Virus record (IMG/VR): IMGVR_UViG_3300046780_000484
Location: 1 to 64,000 of that record
DNA: 64,000 nt
From: a virus
Direction: 5' to 3' (one strand)
Under the pieces are notes generated by a model, which worked only from the letters and a program-made list of their open reading frames with translations, did no database searches and was not told the origin of the DNA. Below, piece after piece: positions 9,221 through 18,914 of the stretch; position 1 is the stretch's first letter; the number at the start of each line of letters is the position of its first letter. Made by a program: the position numbers and the translations under genes.

Positions 9221-9559
9221 TTAGCCGCCCGTCACCTTCATCCCGAACGGCGGCTGCGAGGCCCGCTCCACCCGCCTCTCCCCCTCGGCGACCCACCCCG
9301 GGATCAGCGCCTCATCCGCCCCCGCCTTCCGCAGCAGTCCCGCCGCCCGTTCCGCGGCGGGCCGCTCCTCCGGCTGCCGGCAGGTCCCGAGGATTATCCC
9401 GGCCGCTTCAGCGAGCAGGGCGGGCGCGTCAAGGCCCGCGGTGATCCCGGCGAGCTCGGCCAGGGCACCGGCTTCGGTCACGCGGCCTGTCCGTGCGTAG
9501 CGCCTGGCGGCACCCTGGAGTTGGGCGACGGCTATCCGGCCGGGGTCGGGGCGGGGCAT
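9221..9559 (-). CDS. Hypothetical protein
   Basis: RBS AAAGGAG and an AT-rich promoter-like TATATAAA upstream. Confidence 0.6.
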   Translation of the reverse strand: MPRPDPGRIAVAQLQGAARRYARTGRVTEAGALAELAGITAGLDAPALLAEAAGIILGTCRQPEERPAAERAAGLLRKAGADEALIPGWVAEGERRVERASQPPFGMKVTGG

Positions 9560-9603
9560 GGCTCCTTTATATAGGCGCCCTCGCGGGGGACAAGCCGCCG
9601 GGG

Positions 9604-10068
9604 CTAGGCGCTCACTGCTTCCGTCGCCGCCTTGTGCTCCTCAGCCGGAAGCCAGCCCTCGTGCGTGGTACCCGGATCGCCGATGCGAACAGGGCGGCGG
9701 GGAAACGGCGTCTCCGCGCGGCACTCGGTCCTGTACTCACGGCCATACTGACCGTCGTAGGTGACGTACCCGCCGCCCTTGCACTGCGGGCACGACCACC
9801 ACCGGCACCACTGGCCGCCAACGAAGCTCTCCAGCATTGCACCGGGATGCTCTGTGCACTGGATGGAGTCTTCGTAGACGCCCCACTCGATGACGTCCTC
9901 ATGTTCATCAAGGCCGCGACCGTCCGCGGCGAGCGGGCCGTAGGCGTTGCACCCTTCCCACGCCCACAACTTCGCCCCGTGGCCGCACTCGGCGCAGCGG
10001 TAGCCGCCCTCGACGGGCTCGGGTGTCTTCGGCGCAGCCGGAGCCGTGCGCTTGCGAGTAGGTGTCAT
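9604..10068 (-). CDS. Cys-rich hypothetical protein
   Basis: RBS GGAG; CAECG, CTEH, CPQCKGGG. Confidence 0.6.
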   Translation of the reverse strand: MTPTRKRTAPAAPKTPEPVEGGYRCAECGHGAKLWAWEGCNAYGPLAADGRGLDEHEDVIEWGVYEDSIQCTEHPGAMLESFVGGQWCRWWSCPQCKGGGYVTYDGQYGREYRTECRAETPFPRRPVRIGDPGTTHEGWLPAEEHKAATEAVSA

Positions 10069-10130
10069 CGGGTGTCTCCGTTCATCCAGGGGGACGGGCC
10101 GCCAGGGCTACGCGGCGGGCCGGAAAGCTG

Positions 10131-10324
10131 GGGCCGTCTACGGGCCGTCCCGCAACCGCAGACAACAAGCCGCGTTCGTCCGTGACAGTCCCTATCAAGG
10201 CACGTCAATACAGGTCTGGAGGTCCCGGAAGCCGCCTGCGTGCAGACCTGATCAGACGACCATGGACTGGTAAGAGCCCTGCTCACAGCCCCGGACCACC
10301 CTCCTGGGCCGTCAGCGGGCCGTC
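10131..10324. other. Candidate attP with arm-type integrase sites
   Basis: Tandem GGGCCGTC pairs with 11-nt period at 10131/10142 and 10306/10317 flank a non-coding stretch just 3' of int. Confidence 0.55.
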
Positions 10325-11545
10325 AGCGGGAAAACGGGAGTCGTCGGCAAGGGCCGCTTCGAGGGCCCGGCGGGTCCTGTCCTCGGCGTCGGGCATCAGG
10401 TGCGAGTAGGTCTTCAGCACCAGCGCGCCGCCGTCGTTGTGGCCGAGGTTCCCCGCGACCGTCCTCGGGTCCACCCCGGCGGAGATCAGCGTCGAGACGT
10501 ACAGGTGCCGCATCATGTGGCAGCCGTTCTCGCGGTCGATCTCAAGCCCGGCCGCCAGCAGCGCCGGCCGCCAGACGTGCGTATTGAACCCGTGCCGCCG
10601 GATCGGGGCACCCGCCCGCGTGGTGAACAGCAGATCGGCGGTCACCATCCGGCCGTGGCGCCGGTCCCCCGGCTCGTGCCACGGCAGCGTCACCGCCACG
10701 GCGGGGAACGCGGCCAGGTGCGCGGCCAGGGCCTCGGCCGTCGGGGCGGCCAGCGGCACGTCGCGCTCCTTCTTCCCCTTCGGCGGGGCGAAGTGCGGGC
10801 GCCCGCCGACAAGTTTGACCTGCTGCCGGATATTCACCTGCCGCCGCAGGAAGTTGATCTCGTCAACGGACAGGCCGAAGATCTCCGACTGCCGCAGCCC
10901 GAGCCCGGTCCCCGCGTCCACCACGGCGGCGAGGCGTCGCGGGAGCGCCGCGCGGACCGCGGCGGCCTGCGGGCGCGTCCAGGGCTTGAGGCGGCGGTGC
11001 GTCGCCTGGGGCAGCTGCCGGGCGAGCCCCGCGCAGGGGTTCACGCTGACGCGCCCGTCCAGCGCGGCGGCGAGCATGACTGAGTTCAGGTGGGTGAAGA
11101 CCTTGGCGACGGTCGACGGGGCCAGCCTTAGCCCGGCGAGCCACGCCTTGATCAGCGACGGGCGGCCGGCGAGTTCGTCCAGCCTTTTCATGCCGAGATC
11201 GGGGAAGACGTGCAGCCGCATCCGGGTCTCGACGGCCTCGCGGGTCACCGTGTCGAAGGTCTGCGCCTTCAGCCATTCCTCGGCGTACTTCCGCAGCGTG
11301 ATCCGGCCCGCGTCGGGGTCGCGGTAGGTGCCGCGCTTGAGGTCGGCGTCGACCTCGGTCTTGAAGGCTTCCGCGGCGGCCTTCTTATCGAACGACCGGC
11401 TGCGCTCGCTGCCGTCGGGGTCCTCGTAGCGGACCCGCCAGCGGCGGCCCGTGCCGTTGCGGGGTCGCGCTTCCTTTGCCTGCTTCCCGTCCGGCCCTGC
11501 GGCGGTGCGGAACCAGCGGTCCTCGATGTGGCTAATCGGGCTCAC
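10283..11545 (-). CDS. int: Tyrosine recombinase (phage integrase)
   Basis: GLRQSE (R), HMMRH, LGH and YSH catalytic motifs; N-terminal WRVRY.DPDG.ERSRSF arm-binding domain; likely GTG start at 11545. Confidence 0.95.
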   Translation of the reverse strand: MSPISHIEDRWFRTAAGPDGKQAKEARPRNGTGRRWRVRYEDPDGSERSRSFDKKAAAEAFKTEVDADLKRGTYRDPDAGRITLRKYAEEWLKAQTFDTVTREAVETRMRLHVFPDLGMKRLDELAGRPSLIKAWLAGLRLAPSTVAKVFTHLNSVMLAAALDGRVSVNPCAGLARQLPQATHRRLKPWTRPQAAAVRAALPRRLAAVVDAGTGLGLRQSEIFGLSVDEINFLRRQVNIRQQVKLVGGRPHFAPPKGKKERDVPLAAPTAEALAAHLAAFPAVAVTLPWHEPGDRRHGRMVTADLLFTTRAGAPIRRHGFNTHVWRPALLAAGLEIDRENGCHMMRHLYVSTLISAGVDPRTVAGNLGHNDGGALVLKTYSHLMPDAEDRTRRALEAALADDSRFPADGPLTAQEGGPGL

Positions 11546-12062
11546 CTGCCTTCTCGTCCGTGTCCTCACCCGCGCGCTCCTCGTAGCTCCTGATCCCCTC
11601 GCCGACCGCGTAGTCCAGGGTGTACGTCTTGAGTCTTATCGCGGTGTCCCGCCGGGCTTCCTGCGCGCGGGGATAAGGAGTGTCCTCCGTCATCGCGAGC
11701 GTCCGTTCCGCGGCGGCGATGTCGGCCAGCAGGCGGTGTACCGCCTTGGCCACGTCATCGGCCGAGCGCACGACTCGCGTCCCGGCCGAGTAGATGTACT
11801 CCGTCGCGCTGACCTCCGGCTGGGTCCAGGTGAACCTGTCCAGGGAGGTCTTGAGGATCACGGCGAGGTCGACGAGCTCGGCGGCCTTGAGCTGCTGCGT
11901 GCCCTGCTCGACGCGCGTGACGGTCGACTGGTGCCAGGGATGGCGGCGCTCGCTCATCAGCTTCGCCAGCTCGGCCTGGGAGAGGCCCCTCTGCTCGCGC
12001 AGGGCGCGCACGTTGGCGCTGATCCTCTCGTCCGGGGTCATGCCCTCGCGGTGCTCTCCCAT
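11532..12062 (-). CDS. Immunity repressor (XRE-family HTH)
   Basis: NVRALREQRGLSQAELAKLM...WHQSTVTRVEQG; upstream of int and divergent from xis. Confidence 0.85.
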   Translation of the reverse strand: MGEHREGMTPDERISANVRALREQRGLSQAELAKLMSERRHPWHQSTVTRVEQGTQQLKAAELVDLAVILKTSLDRFTWTQPEVSATEYIYSAGTRVVRSADDVAKAVHRLLADIAAAERTLAMTEDTPYPRAQEARRDTAIRLKTYTLDYAVGEGIRSYEERAGEDTDEKAGEPD

Positions 12063-12178
12063 GGGCGTAACCGTATAGCAGACGGTTTTGATTGGCAATG
12101 ATGGGTTGCGATGAAAACGCAAGGTGTTATACGGTGTCATGCGTACCGGCTATTACCCTTGGCCTGAGAGGACCCGCC
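12063..12178. promoter_or_regulatory. Divergent lysis/lysogeny switch region
   Basis: AT-richer intergenic region; palindrome TTGCG-N7-CGCAA at 12106-12122; inverted CCGTATA/TATACGG. Confidence 0.6.
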
Positions 12179-12412
12179 ATGACCGAGACCCCTGAGCACC
12201 CGGTCGGCGCGAGCGACGACGAAGACCTGCTCACCATGGAAGAGGCTGCGGACATGGCCCGGATGACGAAGGACACCCTTCGTTACCGCCTGCACCGCGG
12301 GACGGGCCCGGAGAGCTTCCGGCTGGGCAAGAAGCGCGTCTTCCGCAAGGGCAAGGTGCGCGCCTGGATCAAGGCCATCGAGGACTCCCAAGCCGAACAG
12401 GGGGCGGCGTGA
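12179..12412 (+). CDS. Excisionase/Cro-like HTH protein (AlpA/HTH_17)
   Basis: [37 protein letters not shown]....V.AWI. Confidence 0.85.
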   Translation: MTETPEHPVGASDDEDLLTMEEAADMARMTKDTLRYRLHRGTGPESFRLGKKRVFRKGKVRAWIKAIEDSQAEQGAA

Positions 12413-13101
12413 TGCCCGGCGGTTCCGGGTGCCCGGCAGTGGTGCTGCTCAGCGGCGGCCTGGACTCGGCCACGACCCTGGCGATAGCCAGGCACAAGAA
12501 GTACGAGGCGCATGCGCTCAGCTTCCGGTACGGCCAGCGGCACGCAGCCGAGGTGGACGCGGCCCGCAAGGTGGCTGCGAGCCTGGGCGCCGCGGAGCAC
12601 GTCATCGCGGACATCGACCTGCGGGTCTTCGGCGGGTCGGCGCTCACCGATGACATCGGCGTCCCGCACCATGACAGCGTGCATGACCTGCCGGACGGGA
12701 TCCCGGTCACCTACGTTCCCGCCCGGAACACGGTCTTCCTGTCGTACGCCCTGGCGTGGGCTGAGGTGCTGGGCGCGCGGGACATCTTCATCGGCGTCAA
12801 CGTCCTGGACTACAGCGGCTACCCCGACTGCCGCCCGGAGTACATCGCGGCATTCGAGCGGATGGCGAACCTCGCAACGAAGGCCGCGACGGAGGATCAG
12901 CAGCGGATGCGGATCCGCACGCCGCTGATCAGCAGCACCAAGGCGGAGATCATCGAGATCGGCACCAGCCTGGGCGTGGACTACTCGCTGACGCGGAGCT
13001 GCTACGAGGGCGGCGCCAGTCCCTGCGGCACGTGCGACTCGTGCCTGATCAGGCAGCACGGGTTCGCCGAGTCGGGACTGGAGGACCCGTGTACCGCGTA
13101 A
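12409..13101 (+). CDS. queC: 7-cyano-7-deazaguanine synthase
   Basis: SGGLDS PP-loop, YGQRH, TYVPARN, YPDCR, SCY...CGTCDSC. Confidence 0.97.
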   Translation: MMPGGSGCPAVVLLSGGLDSATTLAIARHKKYEAHALSFRYGQRHAAEVDAARKVAASLGAAEHVIADIDLRVFGGSALTDDIGVPHHDSVHDLPDGIPVTYVPARNTVFLSYALAWAEVLGARDIFIGVNVLDYSGYPDCRPEYIAAFERMANLATKAATEDQQRMRIRTPLISSTKAEIIEIGTSLGVDYSLTRSCYEGGASPCGTCDSCLIRQHGFAESGLEDPCTA

Positions 13102-13727
13102 AGGAGATCTTCTACACGCTGCAGGGTGAGGGTACCCATGCGGGCCGCCCGGCGGTGTTCTGCCGGTTCACCAGTTGCAATCTGTGGACCGGCCGGGAGA
13201 AGGACCGCCATCGCGCGATCTGCCAGTTCTGCGACACGGACTTCACGGGCACTGACGGTCCCGGTGGCGGCCGGTTCGCGACTCCGCTCGAACTCGCTGA
13301 GGCGGTGCGGGCGAAGTGGCCGGAGCCTTCCGATGCCCACGTCCAGCCGTTCGTCGTGTGCACGGGCGGGGAGCCGCTGCTTCAGCTGGACCGGGCCGCC
13401 GTGGAGGCGTTGCACCACGCCGGATTCGAGGTGGCCGTCGAAACCAACGGCACGCAGCACGCGCCGCCTGGCCTGGACTGGATCTGCGTCAGCCCGAAAG
13501 CCGGGGCGCCGCTGATGCTAACCCGCGGGGATGAGCTCAAGCTGGTCTTCCCGCAGGAAGGGGCCCCGCCGGAGGCGTTCGAGAACCTCGGCTTCCCGCG
13601 GCTGCTGCTGCAGCCGATGGACGGCCCCGACCGGGACGTGAACACGAAACTCGCCGTCGAGTACTGCCTGGCGCACCCGCAGTGGCGGCTGAGCCTGCAG
13701 ACCCACAAGTACCTCGGGATCGCCTGA
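13089..13727 (+). CDS. queE: 7-carboxy-7-deazaguanine synthase (radical SAM)
   Basis: [23 protein letters not shown] (Cx14CxxC variant), [18 protein letters not shown]. Confidence 0.97.
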   Translation: MYRVKEIFYTLQGEGTHAGRPAVFCRFTSCNLWTGREKDRHRAICQFCDTDFTGTDGPGGGRFATPLELAEAVRAKWPEPSDAHVQPFVVCTGGEPLLQLDRAAVEALHHAGFEVAVETNGTQHAPPGLDWICVSPKAGAPLMLTRGDELKLVFPQEGAPPEAFENLGFPRLLLQPMDGPDRDVNTKLAVEYCLAHPQWRLSLQTHKYLGIA

Positions 13728-14086
13728 TGGAGATCTTCCGCGAGTTCACCTTCGAGGCGGCCCACCGGCTCACTCATGTCCCGGACGAGCACAAATGCGG
13801 GCGGCTCCACGGCCACTCCTACCGCGTCGAGATCCGCGTGGCGGGGCGCGTGGATGAGGAGACGGGGTGGGTGATGGACTTCGCGGAGATCAAGGCCGCC
13901 TGGGCGCTGCTGGATGACCTGCTCGATCACCGGTACCTCAACGAGGTGGACGGGCTGGATAACCCGACGAGCGAGAACCTGGCCCGCTGGATCTGGGCCC
14001 GGCTCGTCGGCGACCTGCCCCTGTCCGCGGTCACGGTCCGCGAGACCTGCACCTCCGGATGCACCTACCAGGGGGAGGCGGCGTGA
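13727..14086 (+). CDS. queD: 6-carboxytetrahydropterin synthase
   Basis: [33 protein letters not shown]. Confidence 0.97.
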   Translation: MEIFREFTFEAAHRLTHVPDEHKCGRLHGHSYRVEIRVAGRVDEETGWVMDFAEIKAAWALLDDLLDHRYLNEVDGLDNPTSENLARWIWARLVGDLPLSAVTVRETCTSGCTYQGEAA

Positions 14087-14847
14087 TCCACTACCACGGC
14101 GGCCCGATCACGCCCGAGACATGCGCCTACAAGACGTGGACCGGTCGGCATGCCTTCATCTCGTTCGCCGACCCCCGCCAGGTCCGCCTCGCCGCCGCGA
14201 TCTGCCAGACGTTCGCTCTTGACTGCGGGGCGTTCACGCGATGGAAGCAGGGCGAGAAGGAGCCGGACTGGCAGGGTTACTACGCATGGTGCGGCGAGTG
14301 GCTGCTCCACCCGGCGTGCGACTGGGCCATCGTCCCCGATGTAATCGAAGGCACCGAGGGCGAGAACGACGCCCTGATCGCCGAGTGGCCGTTCAGGCGA
14401 GATCAGGGTGTCCCTGTGTGGCACCTGAATGAGTCTCCGGAACGCCTTGTCGACCTCGCCGCCGAATGGCCCAGGGTGGCGCTTGGCTCTTGTGATGAGT
14501 GGGACGTGTCGAACCCGACTAAGTGCCTCAAGCGTCTCTATGACGTCCTGCCCGCGATCTGCCGTAACGGGCAGCCGCTAGTCAAGTTGCACGGCCTGCG
14601 GATGCTGAGCCATCACATCATCGATGCCGTGCCGCTGGCGTCGGCTGACAGCACCAACGTGGCCCAGAACGTGAGCCTGGACAGGAACTGGGCCAGTGGC
14701 GCTTACCCGCCCGCCACCAAGGAGACCCGGGCCATGGTGCTGGCGGAGCGGATCGAGTCCCATCAGTCGCCAGCTCGCCTCGATGAGGTGATGGCCCGGC
14801 AGCAGCGCGCCGCCAGCGATCAGGGCGTGCTCTGGGAGGTCGCATGA
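14083..14847 (+). CDS. TGT-fold DpdA-like deazaguanine DNA transglycosylase
   Basis: LDCGAF, PDVI, PVWH, LHGLRM and SADST motifs of the TGT family; GTGA-coupled to queD. Confidence 0.75.
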   Translation: MIHYHGGPITPETCAYKTWTGRHAFISFADPRQVRLAAAICQTFALDCGAFTRWKQGEKEPDWQGYYAWCGEWLLHPACDWAIVPDVIEGTEGENDALIAEWPFRRDQGVPVWHLNESPERLVDLAAEWPRVALGSCDEWDVSNPTKCLKRLYDVLPAICRNGQPLVKLHGLRMLSHHIIDAVPLASADSTNVAQNVSLDRNWASGAYPPATKETRAMVLAERIESHQSPARLDEVMARQQRAASDQGVLWEVA

Positions 14848-14955
14848 CCGACAAACCACCGCAAACTGTGACCCCAGCGTCACGTTTAGGTGAACACTGC
14901 AACAAACCGTGACAGCAGCACTACGATCACCAGCATTCGCGACCAAGGGGGGTCC

Positions 14956-15162
14956 GTGCTCACATTCCTATGGCACGCCGTGCTCTACGCCTGCGACGTC
15001 TACGGCCGCATCACCCTGCCCCTGACCGCTGCGGTTTTCGCCTTCCTGGCCCGTGAGGCGCGCAGGACCCGGAAGCGGCCGGCGCGGCTGCCGGGCCGGG
15101 GGACGGTCACCGACGAGGAGATAGAGGCGGCGCTCCGCGAATGGGCGGGCGACGTCCTGTGA
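14956..15162 (+). CDS. Small membrane protein
   Basis: Hydrophobic N-terminus followed by a basic tail. Confidence 0.5.
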   Translation: MLTFLWHAVLYACDVYGRITLPLTAAVFAFLAREARRTRKRPARLPGRGTVTDEEIEAALREWAGDVL

Positions 15163-15365
15163 GCGGCCCCCAGGAGACGTGGCTGCGCGGACCGGGATCC
15201 CGCCCGCCGCCGCAGGTGCCCGCGGCCGTGAGCATGGCCGAGGAGTTCCCGTACCTCCCGGAGTCCCGTGCGGACGCTCCCAGGCGCCCGGGACGGCACC
15301 GGAGGGCGGGCAGGCTAAGCGTCGTCACGGCGGCGATCAGGCAAGCAGCGAGGAAGAAGGAGTGA
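15159..15365 (+). CDS. Hypothetical protein
   Basis: Coupled ORF. Confidence 0.4.
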   Translation: MSGPQETWLRGPGSRPPPQVPAAVSMAEEFPYLPESRADAPRRPGRHRRAGRLSVVTAAIRQAARKKE

Positions 15366-15829
15366 TGACCGCCTGCACCCGCGAGAGCGGAACCTGCCAG
15401 TACTGCCGGTCAGGCTGCACGCACAAGCCCGGATGGTTCCTGCCGGGCGAGGCCGAAGCTGCCGCCGAGTTCATGGGCATGACGCTGCCGGAGTTCTTCA
15501 GCGCTTACCTCGCGGTCGACTGGTGGCAGGACACCCCGGACATCTTCGTCCTGTCGCCTGCCATCAAGGGCGAGGAGCCGGGCACCGAGTTCCCCGGAGA
15601 TCCCAGGGGGACGTGCGTGTTCTACGAGGGCGACCGCTGCCGCATCCACCCGGTCAAGCCGGCCGAGTGCCGAGCGCACTGGTGCGGCGACAAGGACCCG
15701 TCGTCCGTCCACGGGGACGTGGCGCAGGCGTGGGCCGGACGGCAGGACCAGATCACGGGACTGCTGGGCCGCGAGCCCGAAGCCGAGCCTTACTACGGCG
15801 GCGGCATCCTCGGGATGCTCGGCCTGTAA
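15365..15829 (+). CDS. YkgJ-family (CxxCxxCC) Fe-S/Zn cluster protein
   Basis: CQYCRSGC...CVFY....CRIHPVKPAECR. Confidence 0.85.
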   Translation: MTACTRESGTCQYCRSGCTHKPGWFLPGEAEAAAEFMGMTLPEFFSAYLAVDWWQDTPDIFVLSPAIKGEEPGTEFPGDPRGTCVFYEGDRCRIHPVKPAECRAHWCGDKDPSSVHGDVAQAWAGRQDQITGLLGREPEAEPYYGGGILGMLGL

Positions 15830-15922
15830 CCATAATCTCCCGTCTCCGCAGCCAGCGAGAGCACGGGTCGCAGGGCCAGCCGCACGCAGGGTGCGCTGGA
15901 GTCAAACCGGAAGGTTTCATCA

Positions 15923-16738
15923 ATGTCCACCATCAAGTCCAAGGTCTTCGCCGCTGCGGCGACGCTGACCCTAGTCGGCGGTGTCGGCGCTGCTGCGGCG
16001 ATGTCCGCAGGCGCGGCCACCCCGTCGTGCGGCACCAACTGCCTCGACGTGTTCAGCAAGCAGTTCGGCACGTTCGGCCACCCGGCATTCGCGCTGGACA
16101 CGTGGCGTCAGGGCGCGAAGGTCGGCCAGCCGCAGATCCTGTTCCGCACCAGCAACACCGACCCGGCGGAGGACTACAGCCTGTCCTTCCAGGGCACCAC
16201 GTCGGACTTCTTCGCGGCCGGGCTGGTGTCCTCCGCGGTGGAACTGCACTACGGCGGCGGCATCAACGTGACCAAGCCGGCGGGTAACCCGGTGTTCCCG
16301 GATGATCCGGCGTTCGAGATCGAGTACTCGCCTTACGGCGTGGGCAGCGGCCTGTGCGTCGGCGTCGCCCATACCGCCGTCCAGAACGAGGGCGTCACCC
16401 TCCAGCCGTGCGGCGACACGTCGAAAACTGTCTGGATCCTCGACATCCCGCTCAGGCGCCTGCAGCTGTCGGACGGCTGCCCGCTGAACCCGCTGTATTT
16501 CCTGGAGGCACCGCTGATCAACGGGTCTGACACGAACTTCTCGCACCCGTTCGTGCTGACCTACCCGTCCAGCGGCTTCCCGACCGATATACCCCGTCCG
16601 CAGCTCCGGGTCGCCAACCTGACCGGGTTCACGCAGACGGGCGGCACGGGTCCCGCCGCGGTGTGCGGCACCGACTCGGTTGTCGGGCCCTCGAGTAACC
16701 AGGAGTGGGCTGCCGTGACTGGCGTGCTGACGCACTAG
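15923..16738 (+). CDS. Secreted protein, possible ricin-B/beta-trefoil lectin-like
   Basis: Sec signal peptide (KSK-hydrophobic-AGA|A); SGLCVG....VTLQPCG...VW and NQEW motifs. Confidence 0.65.
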   Translation: MSTIKSKVFAAAATLTLVGGVGAAAAMSAGAATPSCGTNCLDVFSKQFGTFGHPAFALDTWRQGAKVGQPQILFRTSNTDPAEDYSLSFQGTTSDFFAAGLVSSAVELHYGGGINVTKPAGNPVFPDDPAFEIEYSPYGVGSGLCVGVAHTAVQNEGVTLQPCGDTSKTVWILDIPLRRLQLSDGCPLNPLYFLEAPLINGSDTNFSHPFVLTYPSSGFPTDIPRPQLRVANLTGFTQTGGTGPAAVCGTDSVVGPSSNQEWAAVTGVLTH

Positions 16739-16825
16739 CAGCCTGACGCATCCCGCCCCGCCGCTGATCCCCGGACGGCGGCGGGGCCGGGGTCAGGACG
16801 GCATCGACGAGAGAGAAGCAAAAGC

Positions 16826-16858
16826 GCCCCGCCCGACCCAACGGGGGCCGGGCGGGGC
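16826..16858. terminator. Intrinsic terminator-like hairpin
   Basis: cgccccgcccg...cgggcggggcg inverted repeat preceded by an A-tract. Confidence 0.5.
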
Positions 16859-16957
16859 GAATGCACTACAAGGGGCGGCTAATGCCCCTATCTAGCACGA
16901 TAGCACAACATCTCCGCTGGTCAGGAGGCCAGCGGCGCTAACAGGGAGGGTACAGCA

Positions 16958-17254
16958 ATGCCGACGATCGAGTTCCCCGCGGGAATGACGCCGGAGCAGG
17001 TTCTGGCGCTCACGCGTAAGCAGCGGCCCGAGCTGTTCGGGGATGGCACGCCGGAGCCCCGTCCGTCCGAACCGGACAATATGCTCACACCGGCTGAAGT
17101 GGCACGAATGTTCAGAGTTGACCCTAAAACGGTCACGAGGTGGGCGAAGGCCGGACGCCTCCCGTGCATCAGGACCCCGGGCGGGCACCGCCGCTATCCC
17201 GAGCGCGAGGTACTGGCCATGATGAACGAGAGCCGCCAGTACAGGGCCGCCTGA
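16958..17254 (+). CDS. bldC: BldC-family MerR-like transcriptional regulator with N-terminal extension
   Basis: MLTPAEVARMFRVDPKTVTRWAKAGRL.CIRTPGGHRRY closely matches the Streptomyces BldC core as recalled; RBS GGGAGG. Confidence 0.85.
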   Translation: MPTIEFPAGMTPEQVLALTRKQRPELFGDGTPEPRPSEPDNMLTPAEVARMFRVDPKTVTRWAKAGRLPCIRTPGGHRRYPEREVLAMMNESRQYRAA

Positions 17255-17383
17255 GATCCCGGGGCACCCGGCCAGCGGACCTTAGCCGACCGGGCTCCTC
17301 CGCTAGCGCCGCCCGGCTGCAACCGCGACGGCTGCCGGCATGACCCGCCTGATAGATACCCCCGAGAGGGAGCACGTAAAGCC

Positions 17384-18064
17384 ATGAGAGCACGACTCGC
17401 CATAACTGCCCTCGCCGCTGGCGCCGCTGCTATCGCGATGCCGGCTGCTGCCGCGTCCGCCTCACCGCACCCGCCGGCGGTCCGCGCGGTGACGCACGTG
17501 AAAGACCGCCCCGACGGCGGCAACGGCGGCACCTGGGCGGATGACACGATGACCCGCTCCGTCACCATCACGCTGACCGGGGGCACTCCAGGCGCGTACA
17601 CCTACACCGCGACGCTGGCCGACAAGGGCTCGTTCACCACCATCAAGGGAGCGAAGACCCCGAACCAGGGCGGGTCCTACGCCGGCGACACGATCGAGTC
17701 CAAGGTCACCGGCACGATGAGGGGCTACGCGGACTTCTCGTTCACCGCGTCGTCGCTGCCCTCGGGGGCGCTGAACGCGGGCGTGCCGCTGACGGAGAAC
17801 GACCACGGGAACGCCCCGGCTGACAGCACCTCGGCATGGTACGAACTCGCGTTCCCGTCCGGGACAACCTTCGGCGCCGCTGGCATCGGCGCGTGGTCCT
17901 GGACGTACAAGGCGGTCGTCGTGACGGTCACCTCACAGCAGGTGTGCCTGCCGCCGGGTCTCTGCTGGGGCATCCCGGTCATCCGGGTCAGCTCCCAGCG
18001 GTGGACCGACGCCAGTAGCAACGGGAACGGCAACCTGGCCGGAGACGGCAACATCGCTGGATAG
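17384..18064 (+). CDS. Secreted protein
   Basis: Ala-rich signal peptide (ASA|S); T/G/S-rich beta-type mature region. Confidence 0.7.
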   Translation: MRARLAITALAAGAAAIAMPAAAASASPHPPAVRAVTHVKDRPDGGNGGTWADDTMTRSVTITLTGGTPGAYTYTATLADKGSFTTIKGAKTPNQGGSYAGDTIESKVTGTMRGYADFSFTASSLPSGALNAGVPLTENDHGNAPADSTSAWYELAFPSGTTFGAAGIGAWSWTYKAVVVTVTSQQVCLPPGLCWGIPVIRVSSQRWTDASSNGNGNLAGDGNIAG

Positions 18065-18080
18065 TCCCTCCGCGCACGCC

Positions 18081-18117
18081 AAAAACCCCCGGCCGCCACT
18101 AAGGCGACCGGGGGCTT
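18081..18117. terminator. Terminator between the convergent early and late arms
   Basis: AAAAA-CCCCCGGCCGCC-acta-AGGCGACCGGGGG-CTT hairpin. Confidence 0.75.
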
Positions 18118-18145
18118 CCCGTTGACCGAGGGCGAGCCTACACCG

Positions 18146-18688
18146 TCAGGCGGCAGGCGGGGCCGGGGGCTGGTCCTCGGCGGTGCCCTCGGAGATCACC
18201 AGCGACGTCGCCGCGCTCGACACGACGGTGATCGTGTCCGAGGCGGTCAGCGGCGGCGTCACGGAGTTGTCGGTCACGGTCACGACGGCGGTTCCGTCGG
18301 TACCCGCCACGCACAGGCACGACTGGGTGTCGGCGGACGGGACGAGGCTGATAACGCTGCCGTTGTCGACGGACCACACGAGCTGGTCCGAGACCGGCTG
18401 GCCCTTGGAGTCCTGCTCTGCCACGGACAGGGGTACCTGCTGAAGGTCGGTGAGCTGCACGATGTTTCCTTTCCGGATCGTTGGCGTGCCCGGACCCTCC
18501 GGTGCAGCCTGGTCAAACGTTGTCGGGTCGGTGGTGAGGAACAGGACGGCGGGGCCTTCAAGCCACTGGTAGTAGAGCGTCGCGACGGCGGTGACGTCGG
18601 AGCCCTTGTCCGCCGGGAATCCTCCACCCTCAGGAACGACGGTCTCGATGGCGAGTTGCAGCGCGAGGACTCTGTTCTCGGCGGTCAC
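18146..18688 (-). CDS. Protein with C-terminal Ig-like domain
   Basis: QLTDLQQVPLSV..DSKGQPV...VWSVDN..VISL....GTAVVTVT; RBS GGAGGT. Confidence 0.65.
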   Translation of the reverse strand: MTAENRVLALQLAIETVVPEGGGFPADKGSDVTAVATLYYQWLEGPAVLFLTTDPTTFDQAAPEGPGTPTIRKGNIVQLTDLQQVPLSVAEQDSKGQPVSDQLVWSVDNGSVISLVPSADTQSCLCVAGTDGTAVVTVTDNSVTPPLTASDTITVVSSAATSLVISEGTAEDQPPAPPAA

Positions 18689-18703
18689 ATACCTCCCGGG
18701 TCG

Positions 18704-18868
18704 TTACGTGCGCTGCGGCTTGGAGCCGACCTGATTGGCGGCTGTCACGAGTTCGGAGGCGATCTCCCCGGCCTCGTCGCGGACGTGGCGGGGGAGGCGG
18801 CGGTCCTTGGCGACGGACAGGGCGCGGGCGGCCTGCTCGAGCACGCTGTCGCGGGCGGCAGCGGTCAT
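18704..18868 (-). CDS. Small hypothetical protein
   Basis: RBS GGAGG; 54-aa ORF. Confidence 0.5.
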   Translation of the reverse strand: MTAAARDSVLEQAARALSVAKDRRLPRHVRDEAGEIASELVTAANQVGSKPQRT

Positions 18869-18914
18869 GGTTGCCTCCGGGGATTGTCGGGGCGCGGCGG
18901 TATGGTGGCGGGTT

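Noticed and set aside
10240-10273. ...TTMDW* resembling the 3' end of a host gene used as the att core
   Set aside because: Could not be matched to a known gene end from memory; needs a BLASTn search.
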